A stretch of DNA of 32,000 nucleotides from Coprobacillaceae bacterium (lineage in GTDB: Bacteria > Bacillota_I > Bacilli_A > Erysipelotrichales > Coprobacillaceae). The position numbers and the translations under genes were made by a program. The notes under the pieces were generated by a model. It had not been told where the DNA came from. It was given only the letters and a program-made list of their open reading frames with translations, and searched no databases. Shown in pieces: positions 17,370 to 25,318 of this stretch. The stretch covers positions 300,001 through 332,000 of the forward strand of contig OY776328.1 of assembly GCA_963675515.1 (NCBI GenBank). The letters run 5' to 3'. How positions within the stretch are numbered: the first letter of the stretch is position 1; each line of letters opens with the position of its first letter.

Positions 17370-18164
17370 ATGGGTCAGAAGTATTTTTTCTTTGATATTG
17401 ACGGAACGCTGGTTGATTTCAATGCCGGCATCGACAAAATCACACCAACTACCATCGAGGCGCTTAATGAATTGAAAAGCCGCAACCATCAGTTGCTCGT
17501 CGCAACAGGCCGCAGCATCTGCTTCATCCCCGATTTTGTCAAGGATTATGATTTCAATGGTTTTGTCACGTGCAACGGGGCCTATGTCGAATTGCATGGC
17601 AAATCATTGTACAAGGCAGTAATCGCCCAGGAAGCGATAAAAGAGGTTATCGATTTTTGCGACAACACCTTAAGCAATTACTATTTCGAGTCGAGGGATT
17701 CGATATACATCAGGGATTCCGGTGACCCGATGCATCAAAAGTTCATTGAGGAATGGTCTATGGATGCGAACATTTGTGTCGACAGTTTTGATTATGGACA
17801 GATTGAAACGTATATCGGCATGCTGGTGTGCCGCACTCCAGAAATACTCGAGCAGGCAAAACAAAGCCTGGCTTGCCATTTCGATGTCCAGCCCCATGTC
17901 CATGGGTGTTCTTGCGATTTGACTTTGAAAGGGGAATCTAAAGGCAAAGGGATTGAGATGCTCTGTGCCCACCTGAACGTGGATATAACCAACACGGTTG
18001 CCTTTGGCGATGCTCACAATGACTATGAGATGATTTCCAGTGTCGGATTGGGAATTGTAATGGGCAATGGAGTCAGCGCGCTTAAAAAGATCGGAGACTA
18101 TACAACTCTTTCGGTGAGTGATGAAGGTATTTTTCACGCATTAAGGGATCATAAATTTATCTAA
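17370..18164 (+). CDS. HAD-IIB (Cof-type) phosphatase, second paralogue
   Basis: YFFFDIDGTLV (DxD), ATGR, and FGDAHNDYEM are present. GGAGGG lies upstream. Confidence 0.75.
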   Translation: MGQKYFFFDIDGTLVDFNAGIDKITPTTIEALNELKSRNHQLLVATGRSICFIPDFVKDYDFNGFVTCNGAYVELHGKSLYKAVIAQEAIKEVIDFCDNTLSNYYFESRDSIYIRDSGDPMHQKFIEEWSMDANICVDSFDYGQIETYIGMLVCRTPEILEQAKQSLACHFDVQPHVHGCSCDLTLKGESKGKGIEMLCAHLNVDITNTVAFGDAHNDYEMISSVGLGIVMGNGVSALKKIGDYTTLSVSDEGIFHALRDHKFI

Positions 18165-18220
18165 CTCTTGAATATTTCGATTAATGTGATAATATGTTTC
18201 TAAGAGATATTTGCGAGAAT

Positions 18221-18253
18221 AAAGCCGCATTGTTCTTAGTCGGCGGCTTTTTG
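18221..18253 (+). terminator. terminator-like hairpin (first of two in tandem)
   Basis: AAAGCCGC (18221-18228) pairs with GCGGCTTT (18243-18250), followed by TTT. The loop is rather long. Confidence 0.5.
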
Positions 18254-18257
18254 AAAA

Positions 18258-18293
18258 GACCATGAAATTGCAGTTTGCAATTGGTCTTTTTTT
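18258..18293 (+). terminator. rho-independent terminator (second in tandem)
   Basis: GACC-[ATGA bulge]-AATTGCA (18258-18272) pairs with TGCAATT-GGTC (18276-18286), followed by T7 (18287-18293). Confidence 0.6.
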
Positions 18294-18439
18294 GTTTAAA
18301 TCCAAGTGCGCTTTTTCTTGTGAAGGAGGCGGAATATGATTGAAGAAAACTTGGAAAAACACCGCAAGTAAGGCAGTTACTTGTATTTTTTGTTGGGATT
18401 TTCGCTAATCTGAAAGTTATCATTTTGGGGATTTCGCAA

Positions 18440-18453
18440 TGAAAACGTTAACA
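18440..18453 (+). promoter_or_regulatory. catabolite-responsive element (cre, CcpA operator) candidate upstream of adhE
   Basis: TGAAAACGTTAACA fits every specified position of TGWNANCGNTNWCA. With the flanking A it also fits WTGNAANCGNWNNCW. Confidence 0.5.
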
Positions 18454-18486
18454 TTGAAACTTTGTGAAATTTTTTCCGAATAATGC

Positions 18487-18515
18487 TTGTAATCAAAAGG
18501 TTAACCATGTATACT
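18487..18515 (+). promoter_or_regulatory. sigma-A-type promoter of adhE
   Basis: TTGTAA (18487-18492), 17 nt, TATACT (18510-18515), about 48 nt upstream of the adhE ATG. Confidence 0.5.
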
Positions 18516-18562
18516 AGCGTTGTAAATTAAATATTTCACAAATAAATTGGAGGAAACAATTA

Positions 18563-21226
18563 ATGGCAGAAAAGAAAGTTGCTAAAAACGAAGTTGAAGC
18601 GACGCCAGTAGCTCCTACTGAAGCTGAAACTGACGCGCATATCGATGGTCTTGTAACTAAGGCATTACAAGCATTGAAAGAATTTGAATCATTTACTCAA
18701 GAACAAGTTGACCACATCGTGGCTAAATGCTCTGTTGCTGGGTTGGATGCTCATGGTATCTTGGCTGAAGCTGCAGTAAAAGAAACCGGTCGTGGTGTTT
18801 TTGAAGATAAAGCAGTTAAAAACTTGTTCGCTTGCGAATATGTTACATCTAACTTGCGTCATACAAAAACTGTAGGTATCATTTCTGAAGATCCAATCAC
18901 TGGAATCACTGAAATTGCTGAACCAGTTGGTGTTGTATGTGGTATCGTACCAACTACAAACCCTACTTCTACAACAATCTTCAAATGCTTGATCGCATTA
19001 AAGACAAGAAACCCAATCATCTTCTCTTTCCACCCTTCAGCCCATGAATGTTCTAAACAAGCTGCAATCGTGATCAGAGATGCGGCAATCGCTGCAGGTG
19101 CTCCTGAAAACTGTATCCAATGGTTGGAAATCAAATCAATGTATGCAACTGGGGCAATCATGAACCACCCAGGGATCGCAACTATCCTGGCAACTGGTGG
19201 TAACGCGATGGTTAAAGCCGCTTACTCATGTGGGAAACCTGCATTGGGTGTTGGGGCCGGTAACGTTCCTGCTTATGTTGAAAAAACTGCTATTATCAAA
19301 CGCGCTGCAAACGATATCTTCTTATCAAAAGCATTTGATAACGGGATGATCTGTGCTTCTGAACAAGCTGCAATCGTAGACCAAGAAATCTATGATGAAT
19401 TCAAAGCTGAAATCGGAAGATACCCAGTTCACTTCGCTAACGCAAAAGAAAAGAAATTATTGGAAAAATTCATGTTCGGTGTTGAGAGTGGTGCTCAAAA
19501 CGTTGATGCTGCCAAATTGAATGCCGCTGTTGTTGGTAAGCCTGCTGCTTGGATCGCTGAACAAGCTGGATTCACTGTTCCTGCTGAAACTCAAGTTATC
19601 GTTGCTGAATGTAACGAAGTTGGTCCTAACGAACCATTGACTCGTGAAAAATTATCTCCAGTATTGGCTATGTTGAAATCTGCTTCAACTGAAGAAGGTA
19701 TCGAATTGGCTGGTCAAATGGTTGAATTCAACGGTTTGGGTCACTCGGCTGCAATCCACACAGAAGATCACGATATCACTGTAAGATTCGGTAAAAGATG
19801 TAAAGCTATCCGTATTATTGAAAATGCTCCTTCTACGTTCGGTGGAATCGGTTCAGTTTATAATGCCTTCATCCCATCATTGACTTTAGGATGTGGTTCT
19901 TATGGACACAACTCAGTTTCTAACAACGTAAGTGCGGTAAACTTACTCAATATTAAAAGAATCGGGAGACGTAACAATAATATGCAATGGGTTAAACTTC
20001 CACCAAAAATTTATTTCGAAAGAAACTCTATCCAATATCTAAAAGACATGAAAGATATGGAAAAATGTATGATCGTAACTGACAAAGCTATGTACAACTT
20101 AGGTTACGTACAAAAAATCGAAGACGTTATCCGTCGTCGTAACAACAAAGTAGACATCGAATTATTCTTCGAAGTTGAACCGGATCCATCTTTGGAAACA
20201 GTATACAAAGGTGTTGAGACCATGAGAAACTTCGCTCCTGATTGCATTATCGCATTAGGTGGTGGTTCTTCAATGGATGCTGCTAAAATCATGTGGTTAT
20301 TATACGAAAACCCAACTGTGGTATTCGATGACCTGAAACAAAAATTCATGGATATCCGTAAACGTGCATTCAAATTCCCTGAATTAGGTAAAAAAGCGAA
20401 AATGATCTGTATCCCAACAACTTCAGGTACAGGTTCAGAAGTGACTCCTTTCGCGGTAATCACTGACAAAGCTGAAAACAAAAAATACCCATTGGCTGAC
20501 TACGCGTTGACTCCAACAGTAGCTATCGTTGACCCTGAGTTCGTTGCGACTTTACCAAAAGCAGTAGCTGCCGACACTGGTATCGACGTATTGACACATG
20601 CGGTTGAAGCATACGTTTCAATCCTGGCATCAGATTTCACTGATGGATGGGCTAAACAATCAATCAAAATGATCTTCGATTACTTGGAAGAATCAGTAAA
20701 CCAAGCAACTCCAATTTCTCGTGAAAAAATGCATAATGCTGCGACTATCGCTGGTATGGCATTCGCTAATGCTTTCTTAGGTGTCAACCACTCATTGGCT
20801 CATAAAATTGGTGGGGAATTCCACGTACCTCACGGTCGTACAAACGGTATCTTGTTGCCACACGTAATCCGTTACAACGGTACCATCCCTACTAAATTAA
20901 ACATCTGGCCAAAAATCGAAAACTATAAAGCTGATGTTAAATACATGGAATTGGCTCAATTGATCGGTCTGAATCCAAAAACTCCTGCTGAAGGTGTTGC
21001 AATGTTCGCTGACGCATGTGAAGAATTATGTGCAAAAGTCGGATTGGCTTGCAACTTCGAATCTCAAGGAATCTCTAAAGAAGCTTGGACAGAAGCTAAA
21101 CACCGTATCGCGATGAACGCATACGAAGATCAATGTACACCTTGTAACCCAAGAATGCCTTTGATCAATGACATGGAAAACATGTTGGAATCTGTTTACA
21201 GCTACAAAAGCAAATTTTTTAAATAA
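18563..21226 (+). CDS. adhE: bifunctional acetaldehyde-CoA dehydrogenase / iron-dependent alcohol dehydrogenase
   Basis: It is 887 aa. The N-terminal ALDH domain contains (IVPTTNPTST, catalytic MICASEQ). The C-terminal Fe-ADH domain contains (GGGSSMDAAK, HAVEAY, NHSLAHKIGG..H). The SD is GGAGG. Confidence 0.92.
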   Translation: MAEKKVAKNEVEATPVAPTEAETDAHIDGLVTKALQALKEFESFTQEQVDHIVAKCSVAGLDAHGILAEAAVKETGRGVFEDKAVKNLFACEYVTSNLRHTKTVGIISEDPITGITEIAEPVGVVCGIVPTTNPTSTTIFKCLIALKTRNPIIFSFHPSAHECSKQAAIVIRDAAIAAGAPENCIQWLEIKSMYATGAIMNHPGIATILATGGNAMVKAAYSCGKPALGVGAGNVPAYVEKTAIIKRAANDIFLSKAFDNGMICASEQAAIVDQEIYDEFKAEIGRYPVHFANAKEKKLLEKFMFGVESGAQNVDAAKLNAAVVGKPAAWIAEQAGFTVPAETQVIVAECNEVGPNEPLTREKLSPVLAMLKSASTEEGIELAGQMVEFNGLGHSAAIHTEDHDITVRFGKRCKAIRIIENAPSTFGGIGSVYNAFIPSLTLGCGSYGHNSVSNNVSAVNLLNIKRIGRRNNNMQWVKLPPKIYFERNSIQYLKDMKDMEKCMIVTDKAMYNLGYVQKIEDVIRRRNNKVDIELFFEVEPDPSLETVYKGVETMRNFAPDCIIALGGGSSMDAAKIMWLLYENPTVVFDDLKQKFMDIRKRAFKFPELGKKAKMICIPTTSGTGSEVTPFAVITDKAENKKYPLADYALTPTVAIVDPEFVATLPKAVAADTGIDVLTHAVEAYVSILASDFTDGWAKQSIKMIFDYLEESVNQATPISREKMHNAATIAGMAFANAFLGVNHSLAHKIGGEFHVPHGRTNGILLPHVIRYNGTIPTKLNIWPKIENYKADVKYMELAQLIGLNPKTPAEGVAMFADACEELCAKVGLACNFESQGISKEAWTEAKHRIAMNAYEDQCTPCNPRMPLINDMENMLESVYSYKSKFFK

Positions 21227-21235
21227 TAACGACTG

Positions 21236-21260
21236 ACCCGGGATATTCTCGGGTTTTTTA
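21236..21260 (+). terminator. rho-independent terminator
   Basis: ACCCGGG (21236-21242) pairs with CTCGGGT (21248-21254, one G-U pair), followed by T6. Confidence 0.7.
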
Positions 21261-21436
21261 ATGCAGTTTTTCATGTTATAGTTTAAACAGGAGATTGATC
21301 TTGGAATGTGGGAAAATCCCACGGGATTGTCAAAAATATCGGGAAATGTTCCATCATGACAGTTTGCCATAATTCAGTCATATTTTACCTATATCATATG
21401 ATTGAAAATAAGATAAGCGAATTTGTGGAGGTATCT

Positions 21437-22483
21437 ATGAAAATTGTAATAAAGATGTTGGTTGACCTGACGATGATGGTCATGTTTCTGTTTTTGATGT
21501 TCGGGTACGAACTCTCTCCTTTGTACCATGAGGTTTTGGGGATAGGTATTGGAGTTGTTTTCCTGATCCATGTTTTGTTGAACCTGAAAGCTACAAAGGG
21601 GATATTGGGGTCGCTGGTTGCCGGAAGGCTCAAAGGTACGACAAAGGCCAATGCCATATTGGATGTCGTGCTTTTGGTCATGATGCCCCTGGACATCATC
21701 AGCGGCCTGCTGGATTCCAAGTTCATAATATACAGTCCTTATAATTCCCTTATCTCAACGGCTCATCACGCCTTTTCTTGGGTTGTCTTGGCAATCATTG
21801 CGGGGCACCTCTATCTCCACCGGAATTACTTGAAGGCTGCCATAAAATCAAAATTCCTGCGTGGCAGACAGTCAAAAGGCAACGCGTTGGCATTGATGGG
21901 ACTTGTTGCGATAGTCGGCGGAGTGCTGTTCAATTCATTCATGCTAGTGTTGAACATCAATGATGGTTCGCTCGATTCGACAGTCAGCAGTAATGATGAC
22001 GATGATGACGATTCAAGCGGAACAGCCCAGGACAATGGGGGCGCCAGCACAGTGACGCTCGATAATTATCTTTCATCATTGCGCTGTGATGGCTGTGGCC
22101 GTCACTGCTCGCTGGCATCGCCTCAGTGTGGCATTGGCGAAGACCAGGCGGATCAGGCTACCCTTGAGTATGAGAGTCTCTATGGCCAAAGCGAAAGCGA
22201 TACAACCGACGAATCGCAGTCAACAACTGATGACTCAACATCGGGATCCAGCGAAAGCGATCAGCCGGCAACTGACGGAGGCGTAACCGACACTGCAATG
22301 ACCCTTAATGAATATCTTAAAGGTTTCAACTGCGATGGCTGCGGTCGTCGCTGTTCACTGGCCAATCCCAAATGTGGCATTGGGGAAAACCAGGCGGATC
22401 AGGCAACCTTGGATTATGAGAGCCTTTATGGACAAGAGGACTCAGGCAATACGAGTCTTGTGGCTGCAACATTCTCCAACTGA
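21437..22483 (+). CDS. five-TM His-rich membrane protein (DUF4405-like, putative cytochrome-b-like) fused to acidic linkers and two tandem Cx2Cx3Cx6C modules
   Basis: GGAGG (21426-21430) precedes ATG 21437. There are five hydrophobic segments, with His in or at the edge of TM segments (LYHEV, FLIHVL, STAHHAF, AGHLYLH). The C-terminal half holds two 45-aa repeats, each with CDGCGR(H/R)CSLxxPxCGIG. The family assignment is from memory of DUF4405 features and was not searched. Confidence 0.6.
   Translation: MKIVIKMLVDLTMMVMFLFLMFGYELSPLYHEVLGIGIGVVFLIHVLLNLKATKGILGSLVAGRLKGTTKANAILDVVLLVMMPLDIISGLLDSKFIIYSPYNSLISTAHHAFSWVVLAIIAGHLYLHRNYLKAAIKSKFLRGRQSKGNALALMGLVAIVGGVLFNSFMLVLNINDGSLDSTVSSNDDDDDDSSGTAQDNGGASTVTLDNYLSSLRCDGCGRHCSLASPQCGIGEDQADQATLEYESLYGQSESDTTDESQSTTDDSTSGSSESDQPATDGGVTDTAMTLNEYLKGFNCDGCGRRCSLANPKCGIGENQADQATLDYESLYGQEDSGNTSLVAATFSN
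22055..22189 (+). repeat. intragenic repeat copy 1 (Cys4 module)
   Basis: TLDNYLSSLRCDGCGRHCSLASPQCGIGEDQADQATLEYESLYGQ. By hand alignment to copy 2, 100 of 135 nt and 34 of 45 aa are identical. Confidence 0.85.
22301..22435 (+). repeat. intragenic repeat copy 2 (Cys4 module)
   Basis: TLNEYLKGFNCDGCGRRCSLANPKCGIGENQADQATLDYESLYGQ. It lies 246 nt (82 codons) downstream of copy 1. Confidence 0.85.
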
Positions 22484-22536
22484 TAATTATTCACAAATTG
22501 TCATCTCAAAAATGTTATAATGAAATCAACCTAAGA

Positions 22537-22569
22537 CTTTAAGTAAGTTTTAGGTTTTAATGTTAATAA
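22537..22569 (+). promoter_or_regulatory. 20-bp direct-repeat box plus extended -10 upstream of the response-regulator gene
   Basis: CTTTAAGTAAGTTTTAGGTT (22537-22556), 4 nt, TGtTAATAA (22561-22569). It is the twin of the element at 24517-24549. Confidence 0.4.
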
Positions 22570-22586
22570 TTAATTGGGGTGATAAT

Positions 22587-23264
22587 ATGAGGATTTTATT
22601 GGCTGAAGATGAACGCGATATCGCAAACGTGTTGCAGGTGGTATTGAAACGTAATAACTATGAGGTTGATTGGGTAAGCAATGGAGTTGATTTTGTGGAC
22701 TATATCGACACCGGAAATTATGATCTGGCTGTTTTGGATATAATGATGCCAAAGATGGACGGAATAAGCGCTTTGAAGATCATCAGGGAAAAGGGATTTG
22801 AAATTCCGGTCATCTTGCTGACTGCAAAAAGCGAGGTCGATGACAAGGTTAATGGGCTTGATTCAGGCAGCGACGATTATCTTACCAAGCCATTCGCAAC
22901 CAAAGAGCTGCTGGCCAGGATCAGGATGCTTCTGCGAAGGAATAAAACGACAGTCGACAATGAGCTTACCTATGGAAATATAGTCCTGTCACGGGTAACT
23001 TATTTGCTTAAGGGTCCAAAGCGGGAGTTCAAGCTGGCATCCAAAGAGTTCCAATTGCTCGAATTGCTGCTCCAGCAACCTGGAGCGGTCATTTCCACAG
23101 AAATGTTCATGGACAAGGTATGGGGATACCAGAGCGAAAGTGAAATCAATGTGGTCTGGACGCATATCTCGTACATCCGGAAGAAATTGAGGGAAATCGG
23201 ATCGAATGTGGTAATAAAGGCGTCACGGGGTGCGGGTTATTTTCTGGAGGTAAGCGATGATTAA
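22587..23264 (+). CDS. OmpR/PhoB-family response regulator
   Basis: MRILLAEDERDIANVL, the acceptor region LAVLDIMMPKMDG, LLTAK, and a C-terminal winged helix (...VWTHISYIRKKL...SRGAGYFLE) are present. The start at ATG 22587 follows GGGGTGA. Confidence 0.85.
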   Translation: MRILLAEDERDIANVLQVVLKRNNYEVDWVSNGVDFVDYIDTGNYDLAVLDIMMPKMDGISALKIIREKGFEIPVILLTAKSEVDDKVNGLDSGSDDYLTKPFATKELLARIRMLLRRNKTTVDNELTYGNIVLSRVTYLLKGPKREFKLASKEFQLLELLLQQPGAVISTEMFMDKVWGYQSESEINVVWTHISYIRKKLREIGSNVVIKASRGAGYFLEVSDD

Positions 23265-24489
23265 AAGACTGCAGCGCCGATTCATCCTTATTGCCTTGAT
23301 ATCGGTGTCGGTCGTCTTCGTCGTCATAATGGGCACTTTGCTTATAAGCGATTACGTGAACATTGTCGAAAAGGCAGACAATTCGATAGACCTTATTTAT
23401 TCGGCGGGCGACATGCTAAAAGCCGACCTGTCAGACCGGACGACAATAAAGAAGCCGCCTACTGACGATTTGGATGGCAGCTATGATTTCAGGGGACCTG
23501 AGGGGATTTTTTCTTCCCGATTCTTCATCGTTACCCTTAACGATGGGGTCGTCAGTGATGTCAATGTCGACAATATCTCGGCTATAGACCAGGCGAGTGC
23601 AAGTGCAATGGCGTTGGAAGTGATTGACAATGACAGCGGCGTCTATGACAATTATCGGTATAAGGTATTTGATGATGGGTCGAGTCTGACGGTCGTCTTC
23701 ATCGATACCTTTATGGAAATGCAGTCTTTCTATGACTTTCTGACCAATACCGCCATAATGGGTGGCTTTGGACTTGGGATGTTCATCATAATCGCGTGGT
23801 TCCTGTCAAAGATGGCAATAAGACCTTTGGTGGAATCGATCGAAAAGCAAAAGCAGTTCATCACCAATGCTTCCCACGAACTGAAGACACCATTGACTGT
23901 TATTTCCGCCAACAATGAAATGATCGAGCTCGATTATGGAGAGAACAACTGGTCGCAAGGCATCGAGAGGCAGGTTGCCAAGATGAACAAGCTTACGAAT
24001 TCGCTGGTGACCCTGGCCCGGCTCGACGAACAGAATTATCATGTCGAACTCAAAGATGTCTCCTTGAACGAACTTGTCCGGGAAGTTGCGGAGGATTATC
24101 GCGATCTGGCCTTGGTTGAAAATAAGACTTTTGAATGCGAGCTGGATCCGGTAGTGCTAAAGGGAAATGGCGAACTGCTATCCCAGCTTGTCTCCATATT
24201 GCTTGACAATGCGCTGAAGTACTCAAACGGCAATGGTTGGATCAGGATCCGCCTTTCAGGGGGCAAGCGGAGACGTCTTATCGTTGAAAACAGCGTGGCT
24301 GAAATCACTTCAGGAAATCATGACGAAGTGTTCGAACGATTCACCCGGCTGGAACAGTCACGCAACTCAAGTCTTGGTGGATATGGAGTCGGGCTGGCCA
24401 TTGCCAAGTCAATTGTGAACAGGCATCATGGCAAAATCAGGGCATACAGCAATGACAGCAACACTTTCACCATCATGGTTGAATTCTGA
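23257..24489 (+). CDS. sensor histidine kinase (two TM, extracytoplasmic loop of about 140 aa, HisKA + HATPase_c)
   Basis: The H-box is NASHELKTPL, the N-box LLDNALKYS, and the G-box GGYGVGLAIAKSIV. Its start overlaps the end of the regulator gene by 8 nt (23257-23264, ATGATTAA). Confidence 0.85.
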   Translation: MIKRLQRRFILIALISVSVVFVVIMGTLLISDYVNIVEKADNSIDLIYSAGDMLKADLSDRTTIKKPPTDDLDGSYDFRGPEGIFSSRFFIVTLNDGVVSDVNVDNISAIDQASASAMALEVIDNDSGVYDNYRYKVFDDGSSLTVVFIDTFMEMQSFYDFLTNTAIMGGFGLGMFIIIAWFLSKMAIRPLVESIEKQKQFITNASHELKTPLTVISANNEMIELDYGENNWSQGIERQVAKMNKLTNSLVTLARLDEQNYHVELKDVSLNELVREVAEDYRDLALVENKTFECELDPVVLKGNGELLSQLVSILLDNALKYSNGNGWIRIRLSGGKRRRLIVENSVAEITSGNHDEVFERFTRLEQSRNSSLGGYGVGLAIAKSIVNRHHGKIRAYSNDSNTFTIMVEF

Positions 24490-24490
24490 T

Positions 24491-24514
24491 AACGGCTTTT
24501 GCCGTTTTTTTTAA
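24491..24514 (+). terminator. rho-independent terminator
   Basis: AACGGC (24491-24496) pairs with GCCGTT (24501-24506), followed by T8. Confidence 0.75.
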
Positions 24515-24516
24515 TC

Positions 24517-24549
24517 CTTAAAGTACGTTTAAAGTTGTATTGGTAAATT
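24517..24549 (+). promoter_or_regulatory. 20-bp direct-repeat box plus extended -10 upstream of the VTC-domain gene
   Basis: CTTAAAGTACGTTTAAAGTT (24517-24536), 4 nt, TGgTAAATT (24541-24549). 16 of 20 box positions match the element at 22537-22556. Confidence 0.4.
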
Positions 24550-24571
24550 GATATTGTAAGGAGTGTAAAAA

Positions 24572-25318
24572 ATGGCAAATGACAAATTTGAACGTCTGGA
24601 ATTCAAATATCTGATTACCAGATCCCAACAAAAAAGACTTTTTGATAAATTCCCGGAATCTGTTAAAATGGATGCCTACGGCCACACCGAGATTTACAAT
24701 CTATATTTTGACACCGATGATTTCCGACTGATCCGCAGTTCAATCGAGAAACCGGTCTACAAGGAAAAATTGCGAGTGCGATCATATGGCCGGGCAAACA
24801 TGAAAGAACCGGTTTATATCGAACTTAAGAAGAAGTACAAAGGCATCGTTTACAAGCGGAGGATAGAAGAAGCCCAAGATGAGGCGCTGACTGCCTTGAT
24901 AACCAAAAACATCGACTGTGACAATCAGATAGGACGGGAGATCGACTATTTCACCAAATATTACCAGACATTGCGTCCGCGGATGTTTATCGGTTATACA
25001 AGGGATGCCTATTGCGACCAAAAAAATCCGGAATTGCGGATCACCTTTGACTCCGATATTAAATATCGCCTCGACAATCTGACCCTGGATTGCAAAAATG
25101 AGGGTGATCAACTGATTGATGGAGATCATGTCCTGATGGAAATCAAAATAATGGGGGCGTTTCCTTTGTGGCTTTCAGTTGCCCTGTCCCAGTTGGCGAT
25201 CACCAAGTCAAGTTTTTCCAAATATGGCAATGCCTACAAGTCGTGTCTGGCAACCGGACGCATCAACATTAAGATAAATAATAACTATGGAAAACAAGGA
25301 GTAATGACTTATGCTTGA
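24572..25318 (+). CDS. VTC-domain protein (CYTH-like triphosphate-tunnel fold; annotated in databases as polyphosphate polymerase domain-containing)
   Basis: The N-terminus is FERLEFKYLI. Alternating charged strand motifs are present: KLRVRSY, YIELKKKY, VYKRRIE, LRITFDSD and VLMEIKI. The SD is AAGGAG. Confidence 0.7.
   Translation: MANDKFERLEFKYLITRSQQKRLFDKFPESVKMDAYGHTEIYNLYFDTDDFRLIRSSIEKPVYKEKLRVRSYGRANMKEPVYIELKKKYKGIVYKRRIEEAQDEALTALITKNIDCDNQIGREIDYFTKYYQTLRPRMFIGYTRDAYCDQKNPELRITFDSDIKYRLDNLTLDCKNEGDQLIDGDHVLMEIKIMGAFPLWLSVALSQLAITKSSFSKYGNAYKSCLATGRINIKINNNYGKQGVMTYA

Noticed and set aside
18262-18339. 25-codon ORF (MKLQFAIGLFLFKSKCAFSCEGGGI) overlapping the mini-ORF start in an ATGA arrangement
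   Set aside because: Its start codon lies inside the stem of the terminator hairpin 18258-18293 and it has no SD, so it is probably not translated.
21308-21322. Hairpin GTGGGA-AAA-TCCCAC with an overlapping alternative pairing AATCCC/GGGATT upstream of the DUF4405-like gene, plus GGGAAA repeats 32 nt apart
   Set aside because: The stems are short (6 bp) with no T-run. There is no second copy of the 20-bp regulator box here. I cannot distinguish this from chance, so I only note it as a place to look if 5'-end data become available.
21991-22014. GAT/GAC-rich tract encoding the D6 run, considered as a phase-variable simple-sequence repeat
   Set aside because: The tract is an imperfect mix of gat and gac codons, not a homogeneous repeat. 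Any slippage in units of three would stay in frame, so there is no evidence for on/off switching.
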